Of a DNA stretch of 64,000 nucleotides, positions 50,219-59,298 are shown piece by piece; positions within the stretch are counted from its first letter, which is position 1, and the number at the start of each line of letters is the position of its first letter. Position numbers and translations under genes: made by a program. Source of the DNA: an uncultured Oligoflexus sp. (GTDB taxonomy: Bacteria; Bdellovibrionota_B; Oligoflexia; Oligoflexales; Oligoflexaceae); the NCBI GenBank assembly GCA_964236955.1, contig CAXSGP010000002.1:24038-88037 (forward strand), written 5' to 3'. The notes under the pieces were generated by a model that searched no databases, was not told where the DNA came from, and saw only the letters and a program-made list of their open reading frames with translations.

Positions 50219-51264
50219 TCCCTCAATGCTTCAACCGCTCTGAATTCTGCTTCCAAAGCTTGCATTTGCTCCTGGCCGTTAAGCTTAGTCAGCTCTTCAA
50301 AGAAAGACTGGGCTTCGGCCAGCGACAACTCAGCTCCCTGACCATAAAAGGTCGACACATGAAAAATCTGAAAATCCTTAATCTTTAAGCTCATGGCAAT
50401 CAAAGCAGCCTGCCGCGTGGTCAAATGCGCCTTCGCCACCGCCCGCGATCGATCCTGATCGAGAAAACTGCTCTCACAGATCATCCGCTCCGCTTGCCCA
50501 AAGCCGTTCTGAAGGCTCTTTAGATTCGTTCGGTCAAAACTAAGGTCGGTGAGATAAACCAGGGATTCACCCCATTCGCGGCGCATGAGTTTGCCCGCCA
50601 ATTCATGGGCGTTAAAGGCCTTGCCATCGATCAGCAAGGGCTCATCTAACTGATCATGCCTGACCCTATGCTGCAGCTGGCTGATCCAAGGTCCACTGCC
50701 GAGCCCGAGGCCCGGCAATTCTTCCTGCAAAAACCGTATTTTATCGGGACTGCGAATTCTATAGGCCAGAGATGGAATGCCGTTGTGATCGAGAGCGACA
50801 CAGGACACGACCGAACTATCGCCGAGAACCGCGAGTTTAACGATACTTGAGACCGTCTTATCGAGATGGACGTCAAAACCATCAGTATTGCTAAGGAGTC
50901 CCGTGAGCACCGAACCATCGGGTCTGACTTCATGGACTTCAAAGCGCAGCTGATCGGGCTCAATCAGATTCCACGCGTAGCCGCGCAGCTTCGCCTGCAC
51001 GCGTTCGAAAAATGGGGCCGGCCCCCAGATTTTCAGGAGACGCTTGTGCGGAATGTTAACGCGTAACCAGCGGTCAAATCCTATGAAATGATCCATGTGG
51101 GTGTGCGATACGAATACGTGCCGCACCTTCATCAGCTCCTTTTGCGGCAATTGATCGAGCATTCCGAGGTCCAGGAGAAACGCCTCACCGCTGCTGCGCA
51201 TGAAAGCGAATACAGCCGGATCACCCTGCAGGCCGTTGAGAATTTCCAATTGCATATCACTCAT
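50212..51264 (-). CDS. MBL-fold hydrolase, RNase Z-like
   Basis: LLDLG, FVSHTHMDHFIG, LDH....LAY, GPW, YLTD, ICES, HLT, FH.S. Confidence 0.82.
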   Translation of the reverse strand: MSDMQLEILNGLQGDPAVFAFMRSSGEAFLLDLGMLDQLPQKELMKVRHVFVSHTHMDHFIGFDRWLRVNIPHKRLLKIWGPAPFFERVQAKLRGYAWNLIEPDQLRFEVHEVRPDGSVLTGLLSNTDGFDVHLDKTVSSIVKLAVLGDSSVVSCVALDHNGIPSLAYRIRSPDKIRFLQEELPGLGLGSGPWISQLQHRVRHDQLDEPLLIDGKAFNAHELAGKLMRREWGESLVYLTDLSFDRTNLKSLQNGFGQAERMICESSFLDQDRSRAVAKAHLTTRQAALIAMSLKIKDFQIFHVSTFYGQGAELSLAEAQSFFEELTKLNGQEQMQALEAEFRAVEALRDQ

Positions 51265-52123
51265 AAATTTCGGGGCGCCTATTGCTGAGAGCAGGCAAAC
51301 GCGCCCGTACGGCTGCGATGCGTTCCAGACTTATTTCGGCCAGAGCCACGCCAGGCGTTCCCCCTGTATTCGCCAGCACATAGCCCCAGGGATCAACGAT
51401 CATCGCATGACCATAGCAGCTCTTACCCGGAGCGCTCTCTCCAACTTGATTCGAGGCAAAGACATAGGCCTGCTGCTCGATAGCGCGCGCCCGAAGCAGG
51501 ACCTCCCAATGATCCATTCCCGTTTGCGTGGTAAACGCTGAGGGCAAAAGTATCACGTCAAGCGGCTTATCTTTAGCCAGGCGCTCATAGAGGCGAGGAA
51601 AACGCAGGTCATAACAAATCGAAAGACCCACGTTATAGCCTTCGATCTCGAGCGTCACGAGCTGGTTGCCGCTGAGAAATCCGTCGGATTCGCAGTAGAG
51701 GGGCCTACCGCCCGGATCCATCAGATTGAAAGGATGGGTCTTGCGATATTTAGCAAGTTTTTGCCCATCTCGGCCAAAGACAAAGGAGCTGTTGTAGACC
51801 CGCTTTAAGCCCGTGCGGCCATCAGGCCCCACCGCCTCATCCGGCCGAGGTCGTTCGCCAAAGCTGCCCGCAAAAAGGACGATCGAAAGTTCTTTGGCCA
51901 CATGGGAAAGGGTCTTCACCAAAGGCCCGTCCTCCTCCTCCCCATTTGCATAGATAGCATCATAGGGACCAATATAGGTGAAGACTTCAGGCAGGAGCAC
52001 CCAGTCGGCACCCCTCGCCGCGGCTTCACGCACCCACGCCAGGGCATCTTTTACATTTTGAGTCTTGTCGGCCCCGCTTGTCATACAGACCGTGGCCAGC
52101 CTTAGTTTTTTAGACACTGACAT
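51257..52123 (-). CDS. Carbon-nitrogen hydrolase (Nit1/deaminated glutathione amidase-like)
   Basis: E-K-C triad LPE, YRK.H, ICYDLRFP; SAFT..TG..HW..LLRARAIE; GHAMIVDPWG. Confidence 0.9.
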   Translation of the reverse strand: MSVSKKLRLATVCMTSGADKTQNVKDALAWVREAAARGADWVLLPEVFTYIGPYDAIYANGEEEDGPLVKTLSHVAKELSIVLFAGSFGERPRPDEAVGPDGRTGLKRVYNSSFVFGRDGQKLAKYRKTHPFNLMDPGGRPLYCESDGFLSGNQLVTLEIEGYNVGLSICYDLRFPRLYERLAKDKPLDVILLPSAFTTQTGMDHWEVLLRARAIEQQAYVFASNQVGESAPGKSCYGHAMIVDPWGYVLANTGGTPGVALAEISLERIAAVRARLPALSNRRPEIYE

Positions 52124-52124
52124 A

Positions 52125-53120
52125 TTAAAGCTCCGGGAGAACGATTTGATGATCGACACCAAAAATCCATGTGAGGAGAGCCACCCGCGTCCACATACCG
52201 TTTCGTTCCTGACGCCAGTATTTGGCCCGTGGATCGGCATCGATCGCGACGTCCAGTTCGGCCCTTCTGGGCAGGGGATGCATAATGATGGCTTTTTCTT
52301 TCATGCACTTGAGATGCTCATACTTAAGGTGAAAGCGACCATAATCGACTTTCTTCGATTCACCCTCGACGTCATACTCATCCTGCACGCGGGTCATGTA
52401 AACGGCATCGGCAACCCGAAGCGCATCCTGCAGATGATCGGTTTCCTCGAATTTAATTCCGGCCTTCTGCAGCTTGCTGCGGACGTCATCGCCGATGCGA
52501 TACTCATCCGGCGAAACAAATACGATTCGAGAATCTTGATAATTGGTGAGCAGACCACTCAAAGAGCGGATGGTTCGTCCCCGCTTGAGGTCGCCGACCA
52601 TGACTATGGTTTTGCCATCGATCCCACCTTCGCGGAAGAAGCTGCGGTTGAGCGTGTAGATGTCAAGCAAGGCCTGGGTTGGGTGCTCGTCAGGACCGCT
52701 GCCGGCGTTGATAATAGGTACGGGTCGTTCGCTCTCATCAAGAATCGCAGCGATGCGATTGCATAGTCCCGGCACGGCCGTGCGCATGATAATCATGTCG
52801 ACATAACTTGAAAAGGTCTGCAGAGAATCTTCGATACTCTCGCCTTTCCGTTCTGAACTCGTTGCCGAATCCCGAATCTCGTTGGTCGACATGCCAAGAA
52901 TCTGCGCCGCCGTTTGAAAGGAGAGAAAGGTGCGGGTCGATGGCTGCGTGAAATAAAGCATCACCCGTTTATGAGCAAGAAGGCCACGCAGGTAAAGCAG
53001 GCCTTCCTTGGATTTATCAAAGCGTCGAATGGTATCGGTAAGAAGACACATATAATCGAGAAAGCGACGATCGAACTGCGATGAGTTCAAAATATGTTTG
53101 GGCCCGGTTTCAAGATCCAT
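52125..53120 (-). CDS. pyrB: Aspartate carbamoyltransferase catalytic subunit
   Basis: PSTRT..SF, KGES.ED, INAG.G..EHPTQALLD, GDLK.GRT..SL, YMTRVQ.E, MHPLPR. Confidence 0.95.
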   Translation of the reverse strand: MDLETGPKHILNSSQFDRRFLDYMCLLTDTIRRFDKSKEGLLYLRGLLAHKRVMLYFTQPSTRTFLSFQTAAQILGMSTNEIRDSATSSERKGESIEDSLQTFSSYVDMIIMRTAVPGLCNRIAAILDESERPVPIINAGSGPDEHPTQALLDIYTLNRSFFREGGIDGKTIVMVGDLKRGRTIRSLSGLLTNYQDSRIVFVSPDEYRIGDDVRSKLQKAGIKFEETDHLQDALRVADAVYMTRVQDEYDVEGESKKVDYGRFHLKYEHLKCMKEKAIIMHPLPRRAELDVAIDADPRAKYWRQERNGMWTRVALLTWIFGVDHQIVLPEL

Positions 53121-53132
53121 GAGTGTTGTCCC

Positions 53133-54158
53133 TTATGCTTGGAAGCGAACGCTGGCTTCGCCTTGACCTGCGACGATCTTACCGATTTTTACCGCAGTCA
53201 GTTTGCTTTCAGCGCAGGCTTTGATAAAGCTGTCAGCGGCTTCGGGTTTCACAGCGGCAATCATACCGGCTCCCATATTGAAGACTCCCTCGACGCTGGC
53301 AAACGAAGCATCATGCTCATCGAAGATCTCCTGCATCCACGCCGGGGTGGGGATAGCCTTGGGATCGATTTGCGCCACCACATTTTCCGGCAGGACGCGC
53401 GGGAGATTTCCCGAAATACCGCCACCGGTGATATTGGCCAAAGCATGCACACTGCCCCAGGGCAAGGTCTTTAATATCTGCGGCAGCTCCCAATAGATCC
53501 GGGTTGGGGTTAGAATTTTTTTGATGCGTTCTGGGCTGGCGCCTTTGGTCTTGAGCCATTTCCTGAGTAGCGAAAAGCCATTGCTATGAAATCCTGAACT
53601 CTCGAGGGCGATTAAAACATCGCCTTTCTGCACAAGTGAGGCTTCCAGCCGCTTGGCGCCATCGACAACGCCAACGACAAAGCCGGCAAGATCGAAGTGC
53701 CCTTTTGCATAGAGCCCGGGAAGTTCTGCGGTCTCGCCGCCCAGCAGGGCCGTATCACATTGCTTGAGGGCATTGCGTATTCCAGCCAGAACCGCTTTGA
53801 ATTGGCCTTCATCGAGTATGCCCGTGGCATAGTAATCGAGAAAGAACAGCGGCTTCCCGCCGACCGTATAGAGATCATTCACGCACATGGCGACGAGGTC
53901 AAAGCCTAGCCCCTCCAGTTGTCCCTCTTCAATGGCCAGGAGCACCTTGGTCCCCACGCCGTCGGTGCCAGTGACCAGCAGGGGATCTTCCATACCCTTA
54001 AAATCGGGGCGAAACAAAGCTGCAAAACCACCGATACCCGACACGACTTCGCCGCCTTTGGTACCGATACTGCCACTGCCTTGCAACCAATCGACCAGGG
54101 CATCCCCCTTTTCCACGTCGACGCCCGATTCTTTATAAAGGTCTCTACTGTCAGCCAT
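53133..54158 (-). CDS. purM: Phosphoribosylformylglycinamidine cyclo-ligase
   Basis: Y..SGVD, TDGVGTK, DLVAMCVND, GGETAE.PG, SSG.HSNGFSL, ITGGG, FNMG.GM. Confidence 0.97.
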   Translation of the reverse strand: MADSRDLYKESGVDVEKGDALVDWLQGSGSIGTKGGEVVSGIGGFAALFRPDFKGMEDPLLVTGTDGVGTKVLLAIEEGQLEGLGFDLVAMCVNDLYTVGGKPLFFLDYYATGILDEGQFKAVLAGIRNALKQCDTALLGGETAELPGLYAKGHFDLAGFVVGVVDGAKRLEASLVQKGDVLIALESSGFHSNGFSLLRKWLKTKGASPERIKKILTPTRIYWELPQILKTLPWGSVHALANITGGGISGNLPRVLPENVVAQIDPKAIPTPAWMQEIFDEHDASFASVEGVFNMGAGMIAAVKPEAADSFIKACAESKLTAVKIGKIVAGQGEASVRFQA

Positions 54159-54161
54159 TGC

Positions 54162-54875
54162 TTAGTCCTCTTCCGTAAGAGTCGAATGATTGGGGGAAGG
54201 TCGAAGGTCTTCGGACCTAGGTTCGGGATCAACTGAATCCATAAGAGGAACGGCGTCCAGCAACTGTATCAGCGAGCAGACCCAGCTCGTCTGGAGGGGG
54301 AGGGGCGCATGGGTTTCATAAAATAATGTGCGGCCGCGCAAGGATTCCAAATCAAAGAGCGCCGGTGCCTGCACCTCTGCGCGCAGCCAGAGAATGCCAC
54401 CATCCTGAACCAGGAGTGCCAGGGCTAAATCTTCTGGACTGCGGCAGTCTAGAATTGCGGGCAGTCCATAGTCGCGCCCGACCTCAACGAGGAACTGCAA
54501 ACTGGCTTGGTCGTGCTTTCGCACGTCCAAGGTATAAGCATCGGCACCCATGGCGCGTGTCTCTAAGACCTGCTCTTCGGTGCTGATGGCATCGAGCCGC
54601 CAGATGGGTCGGATTCTGTCGCTTTGCTTCCAGGCCCGAAAGGCATTCGCACTTGCCGTCTCACCGACGCGTTCGACGACGAGTTCGACAGCAGGCAAAA
54701 TCTTCCCAGTCGCGATTCGCGCCAGGGAGGTGTTGGGAAAGTCTTGGGGAGAAAGGCGCCGGACGGGGGGGGCAGCTTGGATAAGACCGCGCAGTTTTTC
54801 ACGGTAGCGAATACGTTCCCGCCCCTTCTTGCCAGTGCTCGAGGGGTCGAAAAGATGGTCGAGAAATCCGCTCAT
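54162..54875 (-). CDS. Degenerate indole-3-glycerol-phosphate synthase-like protein
   Basis: PIWRLDAI...QVLETRAMGADA..L......L..L......GL..I.D....EDL..AL tracks the TrpC core; catalytic motifs are altered. Confidence 0.6.
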   Translation of the reverse strand: MSGFLDHLFDPSSTGKKGRERIRYREKLRGLIQAAPPVRRLSPQDFPNTSLARIATGKILPAVELVVERVGETASANAFRAWKQSDRIRPIWRLDAISTEEQVLETRAMGADAYTLDVRKHDQASLQFLVEVGRDYGLPAILDCRSPEDLALALLVQDGGILWLRAEVQAPALFDLESLRGRTLFYETHAPLPLQTSWVCSLIQLLDAVPLMDSVDPEPRSEDLRPSPNHSTLTEED

Positions 54876-54939
54876 ACTTCACACCTCATTCGACAAGGCG
54901 AATAAATTCAGTATAAACAGTCGCTTGCCTCTAGCTATC

Positions 54940-54966
54940 TAAAGTTTTGACAGCGGGTGCCGATGC
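54940..54966 (+). promoter_or_regulatory. Putative sigma28 promoter of the OmpA-domain gene
   Basis: TAAAGTTT-N11-GCCGATGC. Confidence 0.72.
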
Positions 54967-55011
54967 GACTTTTAAGAAGTTAAACCTGTGCCTCGGCCAA
55001 GGACAAAGTCC

Positions 55012-55887
55012 ATGGGATCAGTTCCATACATGAATAAAAACCGCTTCATAATGGCTATGTTTGCAATGCTTGCAGCACCTACAAACCATAGTCTCGGAGA
55101 CGTTGTCTATAAGAAAGTCTCGACTCTGCGCGTCAATCCGCGAGACGACGAACCGGCTCTGGTGTCCACGCCCTATCCACCGCCATTTAATGACAATATG
55201 TTTCGCATCACCAAACTGCAAAACAACGTAAATTCCCTTACCGTTCTCATTGACGGCGGCTTCGACAGGGGCATGCTTCCGGGAACAATTCTCAAAGCGC
55301 AAAGACCCTATATCAGTCCCTCCGGAGTCCCTGAATATATCCCTGTCGCACGGCTCAAGGCCATCCAGGTGCGCGACACCTACACCTTGGCAGAAGTCCT
55401 GACCAACGGTTCCCTCGATTCGCAGATACACTTCAGCGATTATCCGGAACTGATGGTCGGCGATCGCGCCGAGCCTGAGACGATAGCGATCGCGACACGT
55501 ATCCAGCTCCTGCCGATACTTTCCTGGACCTATAAAAAACTTTTTGTCGATCCGAAGAGCAATCCGGGCAACTTTGAACTCACCACCGAAGGCCGACAGA
55601 GTCTGCTCGCCAGAGCTCAGCTCTTCACTGCGGTGCACGCGCCGCTGCTTCTGGTCGAGGCCTATACTGACAGCCACGGCGATCGAGCGACCAATCAGAT
55701 GGAATCTTACCAGCGCGCGCTCACCGTTCGCCAAACGCTGATCGATGAATTGGCGATTGATCCCGATCGCATCGTGGCGATAGGAATGGGTGAGTCGGAG
55801 GCTGAACTCAACGCTGATCTTCCGGGTGCCGAAGATGAAGCGCGGCGCATCATAGTCAAGGTAAAAAGCCTGCCGCAGGGCAATTGA
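55012..55887 (+). CDS. Exported OmpA/MotB C-terminal domain protein with FlgT_C-like N-module
   Basis: VEAYTD..G....N...S.QRA..V...L......RI.A.G.GE; N-part VLIDGG...G...G; start may be 55030. Confidence 0.82.
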   Translation: MGSVPYMNKNRFIMAMFAMLAAPTNHSLGDVVYKKVSTLRVNPRDDEPALVSTPYPPPFNDNMFRITKLQNNVNSLTVLIDGGFDRGMLPGTILKAQRPYISPSGVPEYIPVARLKAIQVRDTYTLAEVLTNGSLDSQIHFSDYPELMVGDRAEPETIAIATRIQLLPILSWTYKKLFVDPKSNPGNFELTTEGRQSLLARAQLFTAVHAPLLLVEAYTDSHGDRATNQMESYQRALTVRQTLIDELAIDPDRIVAIGMGESEAELNADLPGAEDEARRIIVKVKSLPQGN

Positions 55888-55998
55888 ACGTGACTATCGA
55901 AACGATAATCTTGTATCCATTTTTTTGGTGTTGTTGCATCATGCCTCTATGAAGTCAACTTTGCCAAATCGACTCACAATGGATAGTGACAATAGCCC

Positions 55999-57207
55999 AT
56001 GAAAGTCCCTCTCTTCCCTGTGATTGCGACCGCTATTCTATCCCTCGTCGCCGCTTGGTTCGGCATGAATTGGGCGGCGAAAGTCTCGAGTTCGGAGACT
56101 CGCGCAACGGAAACTCTGCTTCGCCCCATAGCCGAATACGAACCCACTTTCGGGGTCGGGATCAGCGAGCAGATGCTGGTTAAAAAGCAGGGTATTTTTT
56201 TTATGAAGGCGCTGCTCGCCAGCAATGCCCGCGTCTATATCTTTGTGTCGGCCGACCGTCGGGACGAGATCGACAAACTCTTGCGCAATTCCCCCCTGCT
56301 GCACGGCATGGAGCGTGAATCCATAGTGAAAATCCAGCTCGAGCATGAATCGATGTGGGTCCGGGACTACTTCCCGATTCCCATTCTAAAGGCCATTCCG
56401 CACCTCGTGCCAACGCCGAGTTTCGTCGACTTCGTCTACCGAGATGGCAATACGCTTGACGATGCCGCCATACATCAGTTCGCTCTGGCAATCAACCTCA
56501 GCGTTGAACACCTGCCGATAGTTTTGGACGGCGGAAACTTCATGACCAACGGTGAGACTTGTGTTCTCAGCGAGGAAGTTTCCGAAGATCCCGAAATACT
56601 GCTTTTAAATTCACCAGAGCCCCCGTTAGAGTCAAACCTGGAGTCGATCTTTCGATCGTCGCTGGGCTGTCGCAAAACAATTATTGTTAGCCAAATTCCT
56701 CATCCTCACGTAGATATGTGGATGAAGTTTCTCAACAAGACGACCCTAGTCGTGAACCGCATCGATCCAGCTGCAATCAAAGCCAGCACTGGACTCGGCG
56801 TGGCGGAGCGGGAAAAGGCCGAGAAGATTGCCCTTGAACTGGATAGGGCAGCCGAGCTTTTGTCAAAGTCCTTCGAAGTTGTGCGTATGCCGATGGCAGT
56901 ACCAACAGCTGCTGCATTTATGACCTACACCAATGCGGTGATCAGCAATGGCAAGGTAATCGTACCGCGCTATTCCAAGCTGTTCGTCGCCAACGATAAG
57001 GGTCGCACGGCCAAGGTACTTGAGACATATGAACAGGAAGTCGAGCAGATCTATAGGCACTCCGGTCTGGACGTCACGTTTATCGATGCGAACGACCTGA
57101 TTGGCGATGGTGGCGCTTTTCATTGCGTCACCTTTCATTTGCCTGATCTCGATGCGATTTCCAAAGACAAGGGATATCTGGCAATCAAGCCCACGACGAA
57201 ACCTTAA
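55999..57207 (+). CDS. Agmatine/peptidyl-arginine deiminase family protein with N-terminal signal/TM
   Basis: WVRDY, DGGNF, HVD, YTN, GGAFHCVT. Confidence 0.85.
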   Translation: MKVPLFPVIATAILSLVAAWFGMNWAAKVSSSETRATETLLRPIAEYEPTFGVGISEQMLVKKQGIFFMKALLASNARVYIFVSADRRDEIDKLLRNSPLLHGMERESIVKIQLEHESMWVRDYFPIPILKAIPHLVPTPSFVDFVYRDGNTLDDAAIHQFALAINLSVEHLPIVLDGGNFMTNGETCVLSEEVSEDPEILLLNSPEPPLESNLESIFRSSLGCRKTIIVSQIPHPHVDMWMKFLNKTTLVVNRIDPAAIKASTGLGVAEREKAEKIALELDRAAELLSKSFEVVRMPMAVPTAAAFMTYTNAVISNGKVIVPRYSKLFVANDKGRTAKVLETYEQEVEQIYRHSGLDVTFIDANDLIGDGGAFHCVTFHLPDLDAISKDKGYLAIKPTTKP

Positions 57208-57236
57208 TTTGAAGCGATTGAACGAGGAGAGCTTCC

Positions 57237-57857
57237 ATGATGCATCCCGACACCAACCTGAAATGGGTTAATGACGAAATCGGTTTTGGCGTTTTTGCAA
57301 CGCAATTTATACCGAAAGGAACCGCGGTCTACGTACGGGACGCTCTGGAGGTTAAGGTGGAACGCAACGCTGCGCTCTTGAAAAATCCGGCCTACCAGGA
57401 AATCATCACCAAGTATTCCTACGTCGATGCCAAAGGCGATTATATCCTCAGCTGGGATCATGCGCGTTTTGTCAATCACTGCTGCTTTCCAAGCTCCATC
57501 ACGACCGGCTATGGCTTTGAGATCGCCATCCGCGATATCAATGAAGGGGAGGAGATCACCGACGATTATGGTCTGTTGAATATCGAAGAGGACATCCCCC
57601 TGTCCTGCAGCAAGCCTGGCTGCCGCAAGGTGGCCCGAGCGGGTGACTTTGATCATAACGTTGAGCGATGGGATAAAATCGTCAAAGACGCCCTTGCGCG
57701 CTTTAACCTTCATGATCAACCGCTGATGAAATTTATGGATCAACAGACCATCCATCAGCTGACGCTGTACCTTGAAAAGGGCAAGCCCTACCTGTCGGTA
57801 CGGACCCAAAAATTTATGGCCGAAAATTATAAGTCGGATCTTTTTATTGCCCGTTAG
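57237..57857 (+). CDS. SET-domain protein (putative lysine methyltransferase)
   Basis: IGFGVFA...IPKG, RFVNHCC, AIRDI.EGEEITDDY, post-SET CSKPGCR. Confidence 0.9.
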   Translation: MMHPDTNLKWVNDEIGFGVFATQFIPKGTAVYVRDALEVKVERNAALLKNPAYQEIITKYSYVDAKGDYILSWDHARFVNHCCFPSSITTGYGFEIAIRDINEGEEITDDYGLLNIEEDIPLSCSKPGCRKVARAGDFDHNVERWDKIVKDALARFNLHDQPLMKFMDQQTIHQLTLYLEKGKPYLSVRTQKFMAENYKSDLFIAR

Positions 57858-57972
57858 GCAGCTCATCCCAGGCAAAAGCTAGCAAAGGTCAAATGCGTCG
57901 TAATAGCATAGATGAAGTTTAGTCTTTCGCCGTGCTACAATGGCACTTTATATACCGAAGGGTCATTTCTCT

Positions 57973-59247
57973 ATGGGCGCATGGCTTGCAATCGATTTTG
58001 GAACATCAAATTCATTGGTCGCAGGTGCTGACGCCCAGGGTATCTTACCGCCGATTCCTATCGATCCCAGTTCGCCTGATCCCACCATAATGAAGAGTGT
58101 GCTTTATTCTCTGCGTCGCAATGAGTGGTCGGTCGGCAATGAAGCGATTTCCCTCTACTATGAGGCGGGAGCGGAAGGTCGGGTCCTCAAGTCACTGAAA
58201 AAATTCTTGCCCGATCCTTCGTTTCAGGGAACACAGATCCATGGTCAATTTTATTCCCTGGAAGATCTTCTGTCCCGCCTCTTAAAAACGATGCGCGAGC
58301 GTTCGCAATCCTATCTTGGTCAGGAGCTGAACCGGGTGGTCCTCGGTCACCCAGCGCTCTTTTCGCCCCTGCCAGAAGCGCATCAAAGGGCCCTGGCACG
58401 CCTGGAAAAGGCCGCGCAGATTGCGGGCTTTAGCGAGGTCGTCTTTTGCCCGGAACCTGTTGCCGCTGCACACAATTTCGCTAAAAGTCTAAAATCGGAA
58501 AAGATTGTTTTGGTCGCCGATTTCGGCGGAGGCACCAGCGATTTTACTATCATTCGTTTAAAGCCCGAAGGCTTTTCCGAGGGTGATGTCTTGTCGCTGG
58601 GCGGTATCTCGTTGGCCGGAGATGCCTTCGATGGGACGATCATGGAACATGCCGTTGCGCCTTTTTTTGGCTCCAAGATCAACTTTCGCATGCCGATGGG
58701 CTCGAACACCTTAAACCTCCCCAAGGCCCTGATTCGCAAGCTTTGCTCGCCTGCCGACCTGATGCTTCTCGGCAAAAAAGAATATATCGAGTTTTTCCGT
58801 AACCTCCAGCAGTGGTCGCTCGACAAGTCGGACTCGCTGGCGATCGAAAGGCTGGAGCTTTTGATTGAGGAGCGCCAAGGCTACCATCTCTTTGAAAGTA
58901 TAGAAGATGGCAAGAAGATGCTGTCGTCGCAACAAATCGCCAATATCAATTATCAATATCCCGGTATCGATCTTAACCTCAATTTTGACAGAGTCGAATT
59001 TGATCTCTTTGCCTTAAAGACGATTGAGGCGATACTGGGAGCGCTGGATAAGACGCTCGCTGATTCGGGCTTAGCCTATTCCCAGATCGATATCGTCTGC
59101 TGCACCGGCGGAACGGCCAGAATACCGGCTCTGCATGAGGGTCTGGCCCAGCGGCTGGGTGCAGAAAAGCTCGAGCATCACCTCCCCTTTCATGCGGTTG
59201 TGAATGGGCTTGCGGAAAAGGCTTTCCAGCTTGCTAAAAAAAGTTGA
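57973..59247 (+). CDS. Hsp70-family ATPase, YegD-like
   Basis: IDFGTSNS, EPVAAA, DFGGGTSDF, AG..FD, TGGT; no substrate-binding domain. Confidence 0.9.
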   Translation: MGAWLAIDFGTSNSLVAGADAQGILPPIPIDPSSPDPTIMKSVLYSLRRNEWSVGNEAISLYYEAGAEGRVLKSLKKFLPDPSFQGTQIHGQFYSLEDLLSRLLKTMRERSQSYLGQELNRVVLGHPALFSPLPEAHQRALARLEKAAQIAGFSEVVFCPEPVAAAHNFAKSLKSEKIVLVADFGGGTSDFTIIRLKPEGFSEGDVLSLGGISLAGDAFDGTIMEHAVAPFFGSKINFRMPMGSNTLNLPKALIRKLCSPADLMLLGKKEYIEFFRNLQQWSLDKSDSLAIERLELLIEERQGYHLFESIEDGKKMLSSQQIANINYQYPGIDLNLNFDRVEFDLFALKTIEAILGALDKTLADSGLAYSQIDIVCCTGGTARIPALHEGLAQRLGAEKLEHHLPFHAVVNGLAEKAFQLAKKS

Positions 59248-59298
59248 TGCCTTCGTTGCGGTGACAGGGTCAAGGCGGAGACTCCAAGGAGCTTTACA

